Below, piece by piece: positions 23,244-24,000 of a stretch of 24,000 nucleotides of DNA (the first letter of the stretch is position 1; every line of letters begins with the position of its first letter). Position numbers and translations under genes: made by a program. A model generated the notes under the pieces. It worked only from the letters and a program-made list of their open reading frames with translations, did no database searches and was not told the origin of the DNA. Origin of the DNA: Solobacterium sp. (GTDB lineage Bacteria > Bacillota_I > Bacilli_A > Erysipelotrichales > Erysipelotrichaceae); contig JAFWEW010000043.1 in NCBI GenBank assembly GCA_017512725.1, positions 72,829-96,828 of the forward strand. The letters are read 5' to 3'.

Positions 23244-23469
23244 TAAAAATAAAAGCGCCCTGATCCAAGGACGCAGAATTGCGTGGTGCCACCTCAGTTC
23301 ATGGCTGTTCAGCCATGCGCTCATTCTCCTTAACGCGGAATACGGAATCTCCTACTCCTGGTTCAGAGATTCTTCTCAGAAGTGTCGTTCATCAGTCCTT
23401 CCGCCGGCGCTTTCACCTGTCCGCCGTCTCTTTCAAGCATCCGGGCTGACGATTTCTTCGTCATCGAAT
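23244..23469 (-). promoter_or_regulatory. T-box riboswitch leader of hisS-aspS (includes intrinsic terminator 23244..23274)
   Basis: Minus strand shows AGAGA (AG bulge) and GGTGAAAG (distal-loop-like). The Stem III hairpin is CATGGCTG-AA-CAGCCATG. The T-box sequence is GAGGTGGCACCACGC (23293..23281). The terminator is GCGTCC-TTGGATCA-GGGCGC followed by TTTTATTTTT. A candidate specifier GACAC sits at 23386..23382. Confidence 0.85.
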
Positions 23470-23475
23470 ATACGC

Positions 23476-23503
23476 ATTATAGCATCATCCTGCCTGAAAA
23501 CAA
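23476..23503 (-). promoter_or_regulatory. Candidate promoter of the hisS-aspS leader
   Basis: Minus strand TTGTTT (23503..23498), 16-nt spacer ending in TGC (extended -10), TATAAT (23481..23476), located just after the relA stop. Confidence 0.55.
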
Positions 23504-23507
23504 GCGG

Positions 23508-24000
23508 CTAATGCGATGCCCGTTTGACCGTAATTACACCCTCCACCTTGCGGAGGTTGGCGATCAGGGTATCCAGCTGTTCCAGATTGTGAACCTGGAT
23601 CCGCAGCTTGATCGTTGTTGTAAGATCAGCCTGATTGACATTGGCCGATACTTTCAGCATCGGTGCCCTTGCCTGGGATACATAGTTGACGATATCCGTA
23701 AGCAGAAAGTTGCGGTCCTCGGAGATGATGACGAGATCACTCTCATATAACCGTTCCCGGTCTTCCTCTTCCCAGTAACAGTCGATCAGTCTGGCCTGCT
23801 GGCCGGCGACATTGACGCATTCCTGCCGGTGCACCTTGACGCCTTCTCCCTTGGAGATATAACCGACGATCTTGTCCCCGTAAACCGGCATACAGCACTG
23901 TGCCAGCGAAAGCTTGATCGACTCGATGCCCGGCACGACAATGCCGGTTTTGGTCATGACCGGTTTCCTGGACGGTTCTCTGGAAAGCAGTTCCGTCAGT
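23508..24000 (-). CDS. relA: RelA/SpoT-family (p)ppGpp synthetase/hydrolase, C-terminal part (open to window edge)
   Basis: Zn-finger/RIS-like motif LAQCCMPVYGDKIVGYISKGEGVKVHRQEC, followed by an ACT-like C-terminal domain. The frame stays open upstream of the tracked Met through 24000. The relA to hisS-aspS order matches Bacillus synteny. Confidence 0.85.
   Translation of the reverse strand, partial: LTELLSREPSRKPVMTKTGIVVPGIESIKLSLAQCCMPVYGDKIVGYISKGEGVKVHRQECVNVAGQQARLIDCYWEEEDRERLYESDLVIISEDRNFLLTDIVNYVSQARAPMLKVSANVNQADLTTTIKLRIQVHNLEQLDTLIANLRKVEGVITVKRASH

Overview
Chromosomal window with strong Firmicutes/Bacillota hallmarks: MurT/GatD, YhaM, YneF, a T-box-controlled hisS-aspS operon, a split CpsC/CpsD tyrosine kinase and a sortase-type sorting signal. 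All genes except one (a D-Ala-D-Ala carboxypeptidase) lie on the minus strand. In minus-strand transcription order the window holds: (1) the relA 3' end; (2) a T-box leader followed by hisS-aspS; (3) a roughly 200-nt promoter-to-terminator unit with no ORF, proposed here as a 6S RNA; (4) an AT-richer accessory block; (5) the convergent dac gene, then yneF and the pyruvate:ferredoxin oxidoreductase gene nifJ; (6) a long, tightly packed envelope operon. The accessory block encodes an LCP protein, a Wzz/CpsC-like protein with a Tyr-rich tandem-repeat N-terminus, a CpsD-type BY-kinase, a small wall-anchored protein, an orphan HipA-like kinase and an unknown lipoprotein. The envelope operon runs tandem GNAT, GT4, UPF0104 flippase-like protein, GT4 fused to a full RecX, yhaM, murT and a gatD 5' fragment. 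No integrase, transposase, CRISPR array, tRNA or rRNA was seen. The most unusual items are the GT4::RecX fusion, the in-frame 171-nt repeats in the Wzz-like gene next to a BY-kinase in a module lacking phosphatase and polymer genes, the antitoxin-less HipA-like kinase, the sRNA locus after aspS, and a hisS-aspS T-box whose specifier and discriminator fit tRNA-Asp. All homology calls come from motif recognition by eye; no database search was run.
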